Assembly: GCA_041750285.1 (NCBI GenBank)
Contig: JBGSZS010000011.1
Location: 86,981 to 150,980 of the forward strand
From: Candidatus Fermentibacteraceae bacterium
Lineage (GTDB): Bacteria > Fermentibacterota > Fermentibacteria > Fermentibacterales > JCC-6
Direction of reading: 5' to 3'
Length of the DNA: 64,000 bases
The notes under the pieces were generated by a model. It ran no database searches and was not told the origin of the DNA. It worked only from the letters and a program-made list of their open reading frames with translations. The first letter of the stretch is position 1; every line of letters starts with the position of its first letter. Shown piece after piece: positions 49,092 to 58,611 of the stretch. A program made the translations under genes and the position numbers.

Positions 49092-49564
49092 TCCTGCTCG
49101 CCGTGTGTCTTGGTGTAGTCGATTCCATGATTCCGCGCCCGGTTCCCTTCATGAAACTGGGCCTTGCGAACCTTCCGGCAGTGTTGTGCTCCGTTCGCCT
49201 GGGCTTTCGCCGGACCATGGCGCTCAACACCACCAGGGCGGTCGCGGTCTCCCTTCTGACGGGAAGCCTTGCCACTCCGACATTCCTTCTCTCCCTTGCC
49301 GGGGCCGTTGCTTCGGCGCTGGTCATGGGCGCAGCATCACGGGGTTATCCATGGCTTCTCTCCCTGACCGGTGTATCGATCTGCGGGGCGTGTGCTTCGG
49401 TCTGGAGCCAGTTGGGGGTTGCTTCCCTTGTACTTCCGGGTCTGCCGCTCGGGGCGCTCGTGATTCCCGTCACTCTCTGGGGAATCGCGTCGGGGGCTTT
49501 CGTGGGACTGGCAGCAGGTCTTGTCGACGGCCGTCTGACACGACACGGCGTATTGTCGGAGTGA
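49052..49564 (+). CDS. Gx transporter family membrane protein (heptaprenyl diphosphate synthase component I-like)
   Basis: IPRPVPFMKLGLAN, FLLSLAG, GVSICGA; TTG start after GGAGGTGG. Confidence 0.8.
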   Translation: MSERGGIPLTSALILLAVCLGVVDSMIPRPVPFMKLGLANLPAVLCSVRLGFRRTMALNTTRAVAVSLLTGSLATPTFLLSLAGAVASALVMGAASRGYPWLLSLTGVSICGACASVWSQLGVASLVLPGLPLGALVIPVTLWGIASGAFVGLAAGLVDGRLTRHGVLSE

Positions 49565-49607
49565 GGCTTATCTTTTAGTATAGCGTGAAAAGAAAAAGGG
49601 GGACGCG

Positions 49608-49880
49608 TTGCTTCATGACAGGCCCGCCGGATTCTGGGTGTTCCTCGCGGTGGCTGGCATGGTTTGTGGAACAGTGTTCGGAGAAGCCGTTTCTGCCCTG
49701 CTTCCTGATACATCCTACGCACTGCGGCAGTTTTTCTCCGGAAGCGCGGGTGTTTCTCTGGGTCCCCTTGGTTTTGACCTTTACATACTGAGTTTCCGCC
49801 TGGAGGAGATCGCTGTCAGGGTCAACATAATGACCTTTGCGGGACTTTTGATCGTGGGCTTTCTGTACAGGTGGTTCTGA
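49608..49880 (+). CDS. Small membrane protein, DUF4321-like
   Basis: GTVFGE, FDLYILSF, NIMTFAGL...YRWF pattern. Confidence 0.65.
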   Translation: MLHDRPAGFWVFLAVAGMVCGTVFGEAVSALLPDTSYALRQFFSGSAGVSLGPLGFDLYILSFRLEEIAVRVNIMTFAGLLIVGFLYRWF

Positions 49881-49907
49881 CGGAAAACCTTCCTGTTTGG
49901 AGGAGAG

Positions 49908-50096
49908 ATGGGCCGGATTGGACCTCTTGAACTGATACTCGTTCTGGTGGCGCTTCTGCTTCTTTTCGGCGCCAGACGCATTCCAGAGATCGCAAGATCG
50001 CTTGGCAGGGCCATCAGCCAGTTCCGGCGGGGGATGCGCGATTCCATGTCGGACAACCACTCCGAGACCGATGAGAAGGAAGACCGGAACGAATAA
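49908..50096 (+). CDS. tatA: Twin-arginine translocase TatA/E
   Basis: IGPLELILVLVALLLLFGARRIPEIARSLGRAISQFRRG. Confidence 0.95.
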   Translation: MGRIGPLELILVLVALLLLFGARRIPEIARSLGRAISQFRRGMRDSMSDNHSETDEKEDRNE

Positions 50097-50701
50097 TGGC
50101 AACCGTCAGCTACACAGCCCGTGAAATCGACTGCAAGATAGTCTACTGCGGGCCTGGCCTTTCGGGGAAGACCACCAACGTGAAGTATATCCACACTCAG
50201 GTATCCCCGGACTCAAGGGGAAAGCTGATCTCCCTCGCCGCGGGCAACGAGCGCACCCTGTTCTTCGACTTCCTCCCCATTGACTCCGGTGAGATAAACG
50301 GCTTCAGGGTACGGCTTCACCTCTACAGTGTTCCCGGGCAGGCCATGTACTCGGACAGCCGAAGGCTCATACTTCAGGGTGTCGACGGCATCGTTTTCGT
50401 CGCCGACTCCCAGGAGGGCAGGATGGAAGCCAACATAGCGAGCCTGCGGGACCTGAAGGAAAACCTGAGGGTCCAGCGGCGAAAGGGAGTCAGCCTGGTG
50501 CTTCAGTGCAACAAGAGGGACATGCCCGACGCTGTTCCCGTTTCACAGATAGTTACCGAGCTGGGACTTTCCAAGGTTACGTGCCTTGAGGCCGTGGCAA
50601 GCACCGGCAGGGGTGTCTTCACCACCCTTCGTGCAGTGAGCAGGCTTGTCCTGACCAGGTTGCACCGCCAGTTCGAGATACTGGAGGGGAGGGCATTATG
50701 A
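50096..50701 (+). CDS. mglA: MglA-family small GTPase (copy 1)
   Basis: REIDCKIVYCGPGLSGKTTN, ERTLFFDFLP, HLYSVPGQ, GVDGIVFVADSQ, NKRD. Confidence 0.9.
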   Translation: MATVSYTAREIDCKIVYCGPGLSGKTTNVKYIHTQVSPDSRGKLISLAAGNERTLFFDFLPIDSGEINGFRVRLHLYSVPGQAMYSDSRRLILQGVDGIVFVADSQEGRMEANIASLRDLKENLRVQRRKGVSLVLQCNKRDMPDAVPVSQIVTELGLSKVTCLEAVASTGRGVFTTLRAVSRLVLTRLHRQFEILEGRAL

Positions 50702-52098
50702 GTGAGCCGCAGGTTGACCTGCTTCTTGTAAGGCTTGGCGGGGACGAGGAGAAGAAGAAGGTAACAAGACTTCTCGTAACCGAGCTTGACATGACCGTAG
50801 GAGAGGCGGAGAGAGCTGTCGAGAACTCCCCCGTCGTTCTCAGGGAATCGGTTCCGATCGGCGAGGCCAGGATCATCCAGAAAAACCTTTACCCTTACAT
50901 CGACCTTCTTCCGAGGCTCGAGGAGGAACAGGCATCCACCCTGAAACAGAAGGTTCAGTTCGTCACAAGCCCGGTGGACGACTTCCCTGTCGACGATGAA
51001 GAACCCGGAGACGGTGACATTCCGGCCGACGACGGAGAGGTTCCCGAAACCCCTGACGAGGAAGACGACGACGAAACCGACGGCTTCATGCTCACAACGG
51101 CAAGTGACGAGATGCTGGCCATCGAACGCTGCCACATCTGCGGAAAGACCCCTGTCGGAGGGGAGAGGCTCGCCCCCTGCAGGGCATGCGGAGACCTGAC
51201 GTGCCGCGAGTGTTTCGACAGGACCGCCCATGTTTGTCATAAATGCGCGGCTGACGGTCATACCGTCGACAGACCGGTAGCCTCCAAAAGCCCGGCCGGC
51301 CGGAAGGGCTCCCCGCCAGTCAAGGAAGCACCCGAGAAAGCCAAGTCGCCCGGCGACACGGCAGGGCTTCGGAAAGCAGCTTTGGCCGTGGTGATCTGCG
51401 CAGTTCTGGCGGTCGTATACTTCGTCGACCCTTTCGACCTTTTCAGTTCCGGACCCGCCAGCGTTCCGCCCCCCGAAACACCGCCCGACACTTCCATCGT
51501 CACTGCTCCCGACATCACGGACAGTCTTGTGACCTCCGAATTGCCCGATACCATGGCAGTTGTTGAAGAGACCCCGGTTTCCGACCCTCTGGGCATACTT
51601 GCCCTTTCACTGCCCGACACCCTTATCTCCGGAGCCTCAACTCAGCCGACCCAGGCCTTCACCACCCTTCCCCAGGGTTGCGGAGCCTCCAGCGCCACCG
51701 ATGAGCTCACGACTATTCTTCCCCAGCTCAGGGCCCTGGCCGCAAGCGCCGGGATCGTCCTCGACAGAGCAGCCCTGCTGGTCTACGGTGATCCGGCCAA
51801 GACCGACCACCTGTCAGTACTGGTCCTTGCGGTGAACCACCCTGAAAACAACGAAACAAGGTTCGCCTTCATGGCTGCCACGGCAGGATGGCTTGTCCCG
51901 GGCGGAATCGATCAAATGGTTCTCTGCTACCGCGAGACCCGGTTCCACGATCCCCAGCTCTTCAGTTACACCAGCCTTCACTTCCCGGAGCTGTCCCAGG
52001 CCTTCACTCCAGCGGAATTCAGGGACCTGGCCGGCACGCACGAGTCGGTTTGGGCGAGCATCTCCGGGCCCGTGAAGGATTGGATCTGCGGGATGTAA
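50698..52098 (+). CDS. Bitopic membrane protein: L7/L12-CTD-like domain, acidic linker, Cys8 zinc finger, TM helix, Pro/Thr linker, extracytoplasmic domain
   Basis: VDLLL...KKKVTRLL...DMTVGEAERAVENSPVVLRESV; CHIC/CRAC/CREC/CHKC; TM AALAVVICAVLAVVYF. Confidence 0.75.
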   Translation: MSEPQVDLLLVRLGGDEEKKKVTRLLVTELDMTVGEAERAVENSPVVLRESVPIGEARIIQKNLYPYIDLLPRLEEEQASTLKQKVQFVTSPVDDFPVDDEEPGDGDIPADDGEVPETPDEEDDDETDGFMLTTASDEMLAIERCHICGKTPVGGERLAPCRACGDLTCRECFDRTAHVCHKCAADGHTVDRPVASKSPAGRKGSPPVKEAPEKAKSPGDTAGLRKAALAVVICAVLAVVYFVDPFDLFSSGPASVPPPETPPDTSIVTAPDITDSLVTSELPDTMAVVEETPVSDPLGILALSLPDTLISGASTQPTQAFTTLPQGCGASSATDELTTILPQLRALAASAGIVLDRAALLVYGDPAKTDHLSVLVLAVNHPENNETRFAFMAATAGWLVPGGIDQMVLCYRETRFHDPQLFSYTSLHFPELSQAFTPAEFRDLAGTHESVWASISGPVKDWICGM

Positions 52099-52144
52099 CC
52101 ACGGGGGCCGGTTCTCAATCCAACATCGTCCGACTGGGGAAAAC

Positions 52145-54337
52145 ATGGGTTCCAGAAGAAAACTGCTCATAATCGAATCGCCCGCGAAGGCGAAGGCTCT
52201 CAAAAGCTATCTTGGCCGCGAATGGACCGTTACGGCCTCAATGGGTCATGTGCGGGATCTACCGCTGCACAGGATAGGTGTGGCCGGGGATGACTTTCAA
52301 CCTTCATACACGATCCTGCCCGAAAAAAGGAAGACCCTCGCAAAATTGAAGAAAGATGCCGAGGGATTCGAGACCATCTTCCTGGCCGCCGATCCGGACA
52401 GGGAGGGTGAGGCCATCTGCTGGCACCTTGCGGAACTCCTTGCCGGCGGGACAAGGGTCTTTAAAAGGCTCAGGTTCAACGCCGTGACGCGTGAGGCGGT
52501 CACCAGGGCGGCGGCACACCCCGGCAGCATCGACATGAACCTCGTGAATGCCCAGCAGGCGAGAAGGGTGATGGACCGTCTGGTCGGCTACAGGATAAGC
52601 CCCTACCTTTGGAGAACCCTCGGAAAGGGGCTCAGCGCGGGAAGGGTCCAGACCGTCGCCCTAAGGCTGATCACTGACCGTGAAGCCGAGATCGGCGCGT
52701 TCAAGACCGCCGAATACTGGCAGGTGACGGCAGACTTCAAACAGGGTGATTCCATGTTCACCGCCCTCCTTCACAGGATCGGCGGAAGAAGGGCAGACGG
52801 GGCACGTTTCGCACCGGACAGCCGCGGGCAGGTCGAAGGGATCACACCGGCCATCAGGGCAAGCGACTGGGAAGTCACATCGGTTGTCTGTGCGGAGAAG
52901 CTCCGAAAGCCTTCACCACCCTTCATAACAAGTACGCTGCAGGCTGCGGGCGCCGGCATTTCCATGAGTCCCGGCACCGTTATGAGGAACGCGCAGCAGC
53001 TCTACGAGGGGGTCGAACTCGACGGCGAATCGGTGGGGCTCATCACCTACATGCGAACGGATTCGGTACGGATAAGCCCCGAGGCGGTTGACCAGTGCAG
53101 GGAAGTCGTGGGGGGCATTTTCGGAACCGGACTCCTCAGCCCTTCCCCCAGGCGGTTCAGGGCTTCCGGCGGCTCACAGGATGCCCACGAGGCCATACGG
53201 CCCACCGACATGAAAAGGACTCCCGATTCGCTCTCCGGCAGGCTCGATCCCGGCCTTCTAAGGCTTTACACGATGATATGGAACCGTTTCGCCGCCACCC
53301 AGATGGCCGACGCCGTCATCGAGGAGACATCCGTAACCTTCGAGGGTGGCGAATTCGTTTTCATGGCCACGGGCGGCCGGCTGGCCGTGCCCGGTTTCAG
53401 TCTGGCGGACCCCACCCAGATCAGGATCCCGAAACCGATAGCCGCAGCGGAGAAGGGGAGCGCAGCCCTTCTCGACCTGAGGGCGGAGCAGAGATTCACG
53501 GAGCCGCCGGCACGTTTCGGCGAGGCCTCGCTCGTGACGGAGATGAAAAAGAAGGGCATCGGAAGACCCTCGACCTATGTGGCCATCCTTTCCACCCTTA
53601 AAAAAAGGGGTTACATAGACCTCAGGGAGAAAAAGCTGCATCCCACGGATCTGGGCGTTCGAACCGTCGAACTCCTTGTCGGGTTGTTTCCCAACCTTTT
53701 CGAGGTGGGTTTCACCGCAGGCATGGAGCAGACCCTCGACATGGTGGCCGCGGGGGAGATGGATTACGTCTCGGCGGTGAAGGGCCTTGCGCTTCCGCTG
53801 GAAGCGTCCCTCAACAACGCCATGACACGGCTTCCCGAGGTCAGGCGCGAACTGACATCCCAGACCGATCAGAAGTGCCCCCAGTGCGGACGGCCCCTGC
53901 TGGACAAATGGGGCAGGTTCGGGAGGTTCCTGGCGTGTTCCGGATACCCCGAATGCCGCTTTACGAGGCCGGTTGAAGAAAACGGGGCACAGGGAAACAC
54001 TGAGGCTCCTGTCCGGACCTGTCCCGACTGCGGTTCATCCATGACCGTCAGGAGCGGGAAGTTCGGAGCATACCTGGCGTGTTCGAGCGTTTCGTGCGGA
54101 AAGAAGTCACCCATGCCGACGGGTGTCCACTGCCCCCTTGAAGGCTGTTCGGGCGAGCTCGTAACAAGACGCTCCCAGAAGGGGAGGACATTCTATTCCT
54201 GCAGCAGATACCCCGATTGCGATTTCGCGTTGTGGAACCCTCCCCTGGACACACCATGTCCCAGGTGCGGGTTCCCGATCCAGGAGAAGAGGGTCAAAGG
54301 CGTTTTCTGCCCGAGATGCAAGAAAAAAACCGACTGA
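52145..54337 (+). CDS. topA: DNA topoisomerase I
   Basis: IESPAKAK, DPDREGE, SAGRVQ, ITYMRTDS, QDAHEAIRPT, GIGRPST; C-terminal zinc ribbons. Confidence 0.98.
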   Translation: MGSRRKLLIIESPAKAKALKSYLGREWTVTASMGHVRDLPLHRIGVAGDDFQPSYTILPEKRKTLAKLKKDAEGFETIFLAADPDREGEAICWHLAELLAGGTRVFKRLRFNAVTREAVTRAAAHPGSIDMNLVNAQQARRVMDRLVGYRISPYLWRTLGKGLSAGRVQTVALRLITDREAEIGAFKTAEYWQVTADFKQGDSMFTALLHRIGGRRADGARFAPDSRGQVEGITPAIRASDWEVTSVVCAEKLRKPSPPFITSTLQAAGAGISMSPGTVMRNAQQLYEGVELDGESVGLITYMRTDSVRISPEAVDQCREVVGGIFGTGLLSPSPRRFRASGGSQDAHEAIRPTDMKRTPDSLSGRLDPGLLRLYTMIWNRFAATQMADAVIEETSVTFEGGEFVFMATGGRLAVPGFSLADPTQIRIPKPIAAAEKGSAALLDLRAEQRFTEPPARFGEASLVTEMKKKGIGRPSTYVAILSTLKKRGYIDLREKKLHPTDLGVRTVELLVGLFPNLFEVGFTAGMEQTLDMVAAGEMDYVSAVKGLALPLEASLNNAMTRLPEVRRELTSQTDQKCPQCGRPLLDKWGRFGRFLACSGYPECRFTRPVEENGAQGNTEAPVRTCPDCGSSMTVRSGKFGAYLACSSVSCGKKSPMPTGVHCPLEGCSGELVTRRSQKGRTFYSCSRYPDCDFALWNPPLDTPCPRCGFPIQEKRVKGVFCPRCKKKTD

Positions 54338-55215
54338 TGATCGAGGACTATTTACGGGAGCTCAGGTTCGGAAGGAACCTTTCCCCCGAGACGGTGCGAG
54401 CTTATGCGGGTGATCTCGGAAGGCTTTCGGAATGGCTCGACGCCGACATATCCGCGGCGACCCGAGAGAATCTGAGGGGATTCCTGATGCACGAGAGCGC
54501 AAGGGGGCTCGATTCCCGAAGCCTTTCCCGCCTTGTGAGCGCCATGCACTCCTTTGGTTCATGGCTCTCGGAGACGGGCAGGGCTGAAGCCGACCCCTCC
54601 ATTGGCATCAGACCGCCTGCAAGACCGCGGAAACTCCCAGGGTTCCTTTCAGTGAGGGAAGTGCTCGCGGTTCTCGATGTCTTTGACGGTAAAACCCCGA
54701 TCGCATCCCGAAACAGGGCTCTGCTCGAGATTCTCTACGGCTGCGGGCTCAGGGCCTCCGAAGCGGCCTCACTGACCGTTTCGGCCTTCAGCACCGCAGA
54801 GCAGACACTGAGGATCACCGGCAAGGGCGGCAGGACCAGAATATCGCCAGTGCCTTCCGGAACCGCGCTTCACCTGACAGAATGGCTTTCCAGAAGACAC
54901 GTGCTTCTGGGACGCCGTCCTGACACCGGACACGTTTTCCTGAGCGTGAGGGGCAGGAAGCTTGACCCCCGCGACGTCAGGCGTATTGTTGCTGCAGCGG
55001 TTGACGGGGCTGCGCTTTCGGCGGGTGTTTCCCCGCACACGTTCAGGCACAGTTTCGCAACCCATCTCCTTGAGAGGGGCGCCGGCCTCAGGGAGGTTCA
55101 GGAGCTTCTTGGTCATGCCGGCCTTGGCACAACTCAGATTTACACCCATCTCACCGGGGAGAGGCTGCGGAAATCGTACCAAAACGCCCACCCGAGGGGG
55201 AGGAGCGCTGATTGA
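54337..55215 (+). CDS. xerC: Tyrosine recombinase XerC-like
   Basis: LYGCGLRASE, GKG, SPHTFRHSFATHLL, LLGH, TTQIYTH; topA-xerC-hslVU context. Confidence 0.88.
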   Translation: MIEDYLRELRFGRNLSPETVRAYAGDLGRLSEWLDADISAATRENLRGFLMHESARGLDSRSLSRLVSAMHSFGSWLSETGRAEADPSIGIRPPARPRKLPGFLSVREVLAVLDVFDGKTPIASRNRALLEILYGCGLRASEAASLTVSAFSTAEQTLRITGKGGRTRISPVPSGTALHLTEWLSRRHVLLGRRPDTGHVFLSVRGRKLDPRDVRRIVAAAVDGAALSAGVSPHTFRHSFATHLLERGAGLREVQELLGHAGLGTTQIYTHLTGERLRKSYQNAHPRGRSAD

Positions 55216-58052
55216 GCAACGTAGCTGACGGTCCGCGAAAAGGTTCTGTCCGAACGGACAGGCTGCTGGCCGCAATGGTTTCAGCCACCGCACTGATCGT
55301 GTACGTGCTGACACTTGCGCCGACGGTAAGCTTCTGGGACAGCGGAGAGTACATCACATGTGCCTGGGTAATGGGCATCCCGCACCCTCCGGGTGTGCCG
55401 TTCTTCGTTCTCATGGGGCGTTTCAGCACCCTCATCTTCGGGTTCATCCCAGAGATAGCGGCAAGGGTCAACCTTCTCTGCGGTCTGGCGGGAGTCGTTT
55501 CGGTCGGGCTGATCACCCGTCTCGTCCAGCGCTGGTGCAACCGCATGAGGCTCGACAGCGGCTTCTACAGACCGGTATCGGTGACCGCCGGCCTTCTCGC
55601 CGCTTTCAGCTACACCATATGGAGGAACAACAACTCGACCGAGACCTACGCAATGGCTCTGATGCTGAGCATGATCATCCTGTGGATATTCGACATGTGG
55701 CTTGAACGAAGGCTCAGGGGTGCTGCGGCCGGCCGGCACCTGCTGCTTGTCGGCTACTTCATGGCCATATCGATCGGAAATCACCTCAGCACTCTGATAG
55801 TGGTCGGCCCAATAGCTCTGATGTACATTCTCTACGCCTTCCGGGGCTGGGCGCACGAGTGGCGGAAGCCCGGCTTCATACTGACATTCGCGGGCCTGCT
55901 GCTGCTTGCATTCAGCGTTCACCTCTACATGCCGCTCAGGGCGATCCAGCAGCCCGAGGTGAACGAGACCAATCCCACAAGGTTCACCGAATTCCGTGAC
56001 GCGCTGGAACGGAAGCAGTACGGCCAGGTCTCCATCTTTGAACGCAAAGGGCCGTTCCTCACACAGCTTGCCCTCTTCGGGGAATACCACTCCTGGCAGG
56101 TTGGCCGTCCCGAAGCCTGGCAGAGGGCTCTGGGGCAGGGCGGGAATGTCCCGGGGACGACTCTCTGGATAGTCATGTCCATGGCCGGTCTGCTTGGCCT
56201 GTTGGTGATCGGTGCAAGAAGACCCGACCTTCTGGTTCTTGTCGGGGGAACCTTCTTCATGGCCAGTTTTGTTTTCGTGACCTACCTCAACTTCAAGACC
56301 GGACCCGAGGGGACCATGCTGGGCGAGGTGCGGGAACGCGACTATTTCTTCGGTGCCTCCTTCGCCCTGTCCGCCATACTCGTGGCGCTCGGCGGAGGCT
56401 CCTTCATACGCTTTCTGGGCGGACGAAGGGCCCTCTGGGCGCTTCTGCTGCTCCCGCTGACCGCCATTCTGGTCAACTGGCACTTCTGTGACCGTTCCGG
56501 CGACTTTGTCGCCCGAGACTACGGAGTGAACCTTCTGGAGAGCTGCGCACCGGGCGCGGTACTCATAACCAACGGAGACAACGACACATTCCCACTCTGG
56601 TTCGCCCAGGGCGTCCTCGGGGTCAGACGTGACGTGGTGGTCTCCAACCTCAGCCTCATGAACACTCCGTGGTACACGCATCAGCTGTTGGCCAGGGATT
56701 CCCTTCTTCTGAGCTATCCCGGGCAGCTCGTCGACTCGCTCAGGCCCGTTTTCATCTGGGGTCCCAACTTCTTCCATGTCTCCCCCGAGGGCATGCCCGA
56801 AACGGACATCACGGACAGGGAGATCCTCGACCGCACCTTCACCGGATCCTGGCCCTGGAACGTTTCATCGGGCGCCCGGTGCATCTCAGTGCCTTCAATG
56901 GGTCTTGGTTCACAGGGTTCCCTTGCCATGCAGGATCTCCTTCTTCTGGACATGATAAAAAGGGTTCCCATCCACGGAAGGCCCGTCTATCTTGCCGGCA
57001 CCGTCTCCCGCGACAACAGGGTCTATGTGGAGAACTACCTGCTCATGGAGGGCATCGCCTACAGGGTGATGGACACTCCCCAGGTATCCGAGATCGACCC
57101 CGGGAGGTCATGGTCGCTCGTGAACGGCTACCGGTACACCGGTCTGCAGGACCCCGGCGTGTACAAGGACGATCAGGCCGTTCAGATCGCAAGGAATTAC
57201 ATGGGGGCATGGAACGCCCTGGCCAACCACTACCTGGCAGCGGGAGACGCTCAGCACGCCCGGATGGCCCTCGACGGGGGAGCGGCGATCTTTTCAGCCA
57301 TGCCCGAGGAGTGGATGCTTATCATGCCGCTGCATATCTACGCCGAGGCCAGGCTCATCGGGGGCGTTGACGGCCCTGAAGCCGCCGCCGCATACCTTGT
57401 GACCATGGCGGATTCCCTTTCGGCCGGTCATCCCGGCGCCTCCATCCAGGATTTCAGCCGCCAGCTGCAGCTGCTGTCCGATGAGCTTCTTCAACAGGGA
57501 GCCCTGCTTTCGTTCGCGGATTCCATCTCCGACGGAACTCCCCTCGAGGAGTGGCTTCTCATAGAGGTGGAACTTGCCTTCGGCAACTTTCTCGGAGCCA
57601 GGAACAGGTTCGCGGCCATACAGGATGCCTACCCCTCCGATCCGGCTCTCCCCCTCATGGGCAGAACCCTTAACGAGTTCACCGCCGACCTCGGTTCATC
57701 GGGCGGGATATTCCCCCAGGAGACTGCGCTCGCAGAGGTCCTCTCATTCATGGAAACCCTCCCGGAGCCCGCATCTGAAGACATCACGCTCAGAATGGCG
57801 GAACTGGCATCCGCGGGAAGACCCATGACAGCAGCATGCTTCGGCAGGGTCATGGCCTCTCTCCACCCCGGGGCCGCTGAAGAGGCCGCATCCTATGCGT
57901 CCAGAATAATCGGCGACCCCGATGAACAGACCAGGCTTGCATACTGGTATTCCCTGGCCTCCCGCAGCCTGCCCGAAGGGACCGCACCGGGGTTGTGCCT
58001 CAGGGCAGGTCTCCCCGAGGTTGCACGTGCTCTCGATTCGGAAGGCCGGTAG
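55212..58052 (+). CDS. DUF2723 / TMEM260-like GT-C membrane protein with a helical C-terminal region
   Basis: TLAPTVSFWDSGEY, GIPHPPG, EVRERDYFF, TNGDNDTFPLW, NLSLMNTPWY. Confidence 0.9.
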   Translation: MSNVADGPRKGSVRTDRLLAAMVSATALIVYVLTLAPTVSFWDSGEYITCAWVMGIPHPPGVPFFVLMGRFSTLIFGFIPEIAARVNLLCGLAGVVSVGLITRLVQRWCNRMRLDSGFYRPVSVTAGLLAAFSYTIWRNNNSTETYAMALMLSMIILWIFDMWLERRLRGAAAGRHLLLVGYFMAISIGNHLSTLIVVGPIALMYILYAFRGWAHEWRKPGFILTFAGLLLLAFSVHLYMPLRAIQQPEVNETNPTRFTEFRDALERKQYGQVSIFERKGPFLTQLALFGEYHSWQVGRPEAWQRALGQGGNVPGTTLWIVMSMAGLLGLLVIGARRPDLLVLVGGTFFMASFVFVTYLNFKTGPEGTMLGEVRERDYFFGASFALSAILVALGGGSFIRFLGGRRALWALLLLPLTAILVNWHFCDRSGDFVARDYGVNLLESCAPGAVLITNGDNDTFPLWFAQGVLGVRRDVVVSNLSLMNTPWYTHQLLARDSLLLSYPGQLVDSLRPVFIWGPNFFHVSPEGMPETDITDREILDRTFTGSWPWNVSSGARCISVPSMGLGSQGSLAMQDLLLLDMIKRVPIHGRPVYLAGTVSRDNRVYVENYLLMEGIAYRVMDTPQVSEIDPGRSWSLVNGYRYTGLQDPGVYKDDQAVQIARNYMGAWNALANHYLAAGDAQHARMALDGGAAIFSAMPEEWMLIMPLHIYAEARLIGGVDGPEAAAAYLVTMADSLSAGHPGASIQDFSRQLQLLSDELLQQGALLSFADSISDGTPLEEWLLIEVELAFGNFLGARNRFAAIQDAYPSDPALPLMGRTLNEFTADLGSSGGIFPQETALAEVLSFMETLPEPASEDITLRMAELASAGRPMTAACFGRVMASLHPGAAEEAASYASRIIGDPDEQTRLAYWYSLASRSLPEGTAPGLCLRAGLPEVARALDSEGR

Positions 58053-58056
58053 CCCC

Positions 58057-58611
58057 ATGGAAAACCTCTTCCGGGCAACAACGGTGATCGGCATGGTTCG
58101 TGACGGCAGAGCGGCCATGGCCTCGGACGGCCAGGTGACACTCGGGGATACAGTGGTCAAGCAGAACGCCAGAAAGGTTCGCCTGTTGTGCGGAGGAACC
58201 GTTCTCGTTGGCTTTTCAGGAGCAGGCGCCGATGCATTCGCCCTGGTGGAGAGGCTCGAGGAGAAACTCGACGGTTTCAGGGGCAACCTTCCAAGGGCCG
58301 CCGTGGAACTCGCACGTGAATGGAGATCCGACCGGTACCTTCGAGAGCTTCAGGCAATGCTGGCCGCCGTAGACCGCACCCACGCACTGCTCATCGGCGG
58401 ATCCGGGGAGGTGGTGGAATCACCTGACGGGATAGTCGCCGTGGGTTCGGGGTATCCCTACGCACTGGCTGCGGCCAGGGCTCTCGACAGACACACCAGG
58501 ATGGGTCCCGCCAGGATCGTCCGGGAAGCCATAAGCATAGCCTGTGACATCTGCATCTACACCGGAGGCAGCATCCAGTCGGAGGAGATATGTCCGCAGT
58601 CCGAAGCCTGA
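58057..58611 (+). CDS. hslV: ATP-dependent protease peptidase subunit HslV
   Basis: ATTV, DGQVTLG, GFSG..ADAF, WRSDRYLR, GSG..YA, DICIYT. Confidence 0.95.
   Translation: MENLFRATTVIGMVRDGRAAMASDGQVTLGDTVVKQNARKVRLLCGGTVLVGFSGAGADAFALVERLEEKLDGFRGNLPRAAVELAREWRSDRYLRELQAMLAAVDRTHALLIGGSGEVVESPDGIVAVGSGYPYALAAARALDRHTRMGPARIVREAISIACDICIYTGGSIQSEEICPQSEA

Noticed and set aside
54337..55215. Tyrosine recombinase as a mobile-element integrase
   Set aside because: Size, motifs and the topA/hslVU context fit housekeeping XerC.
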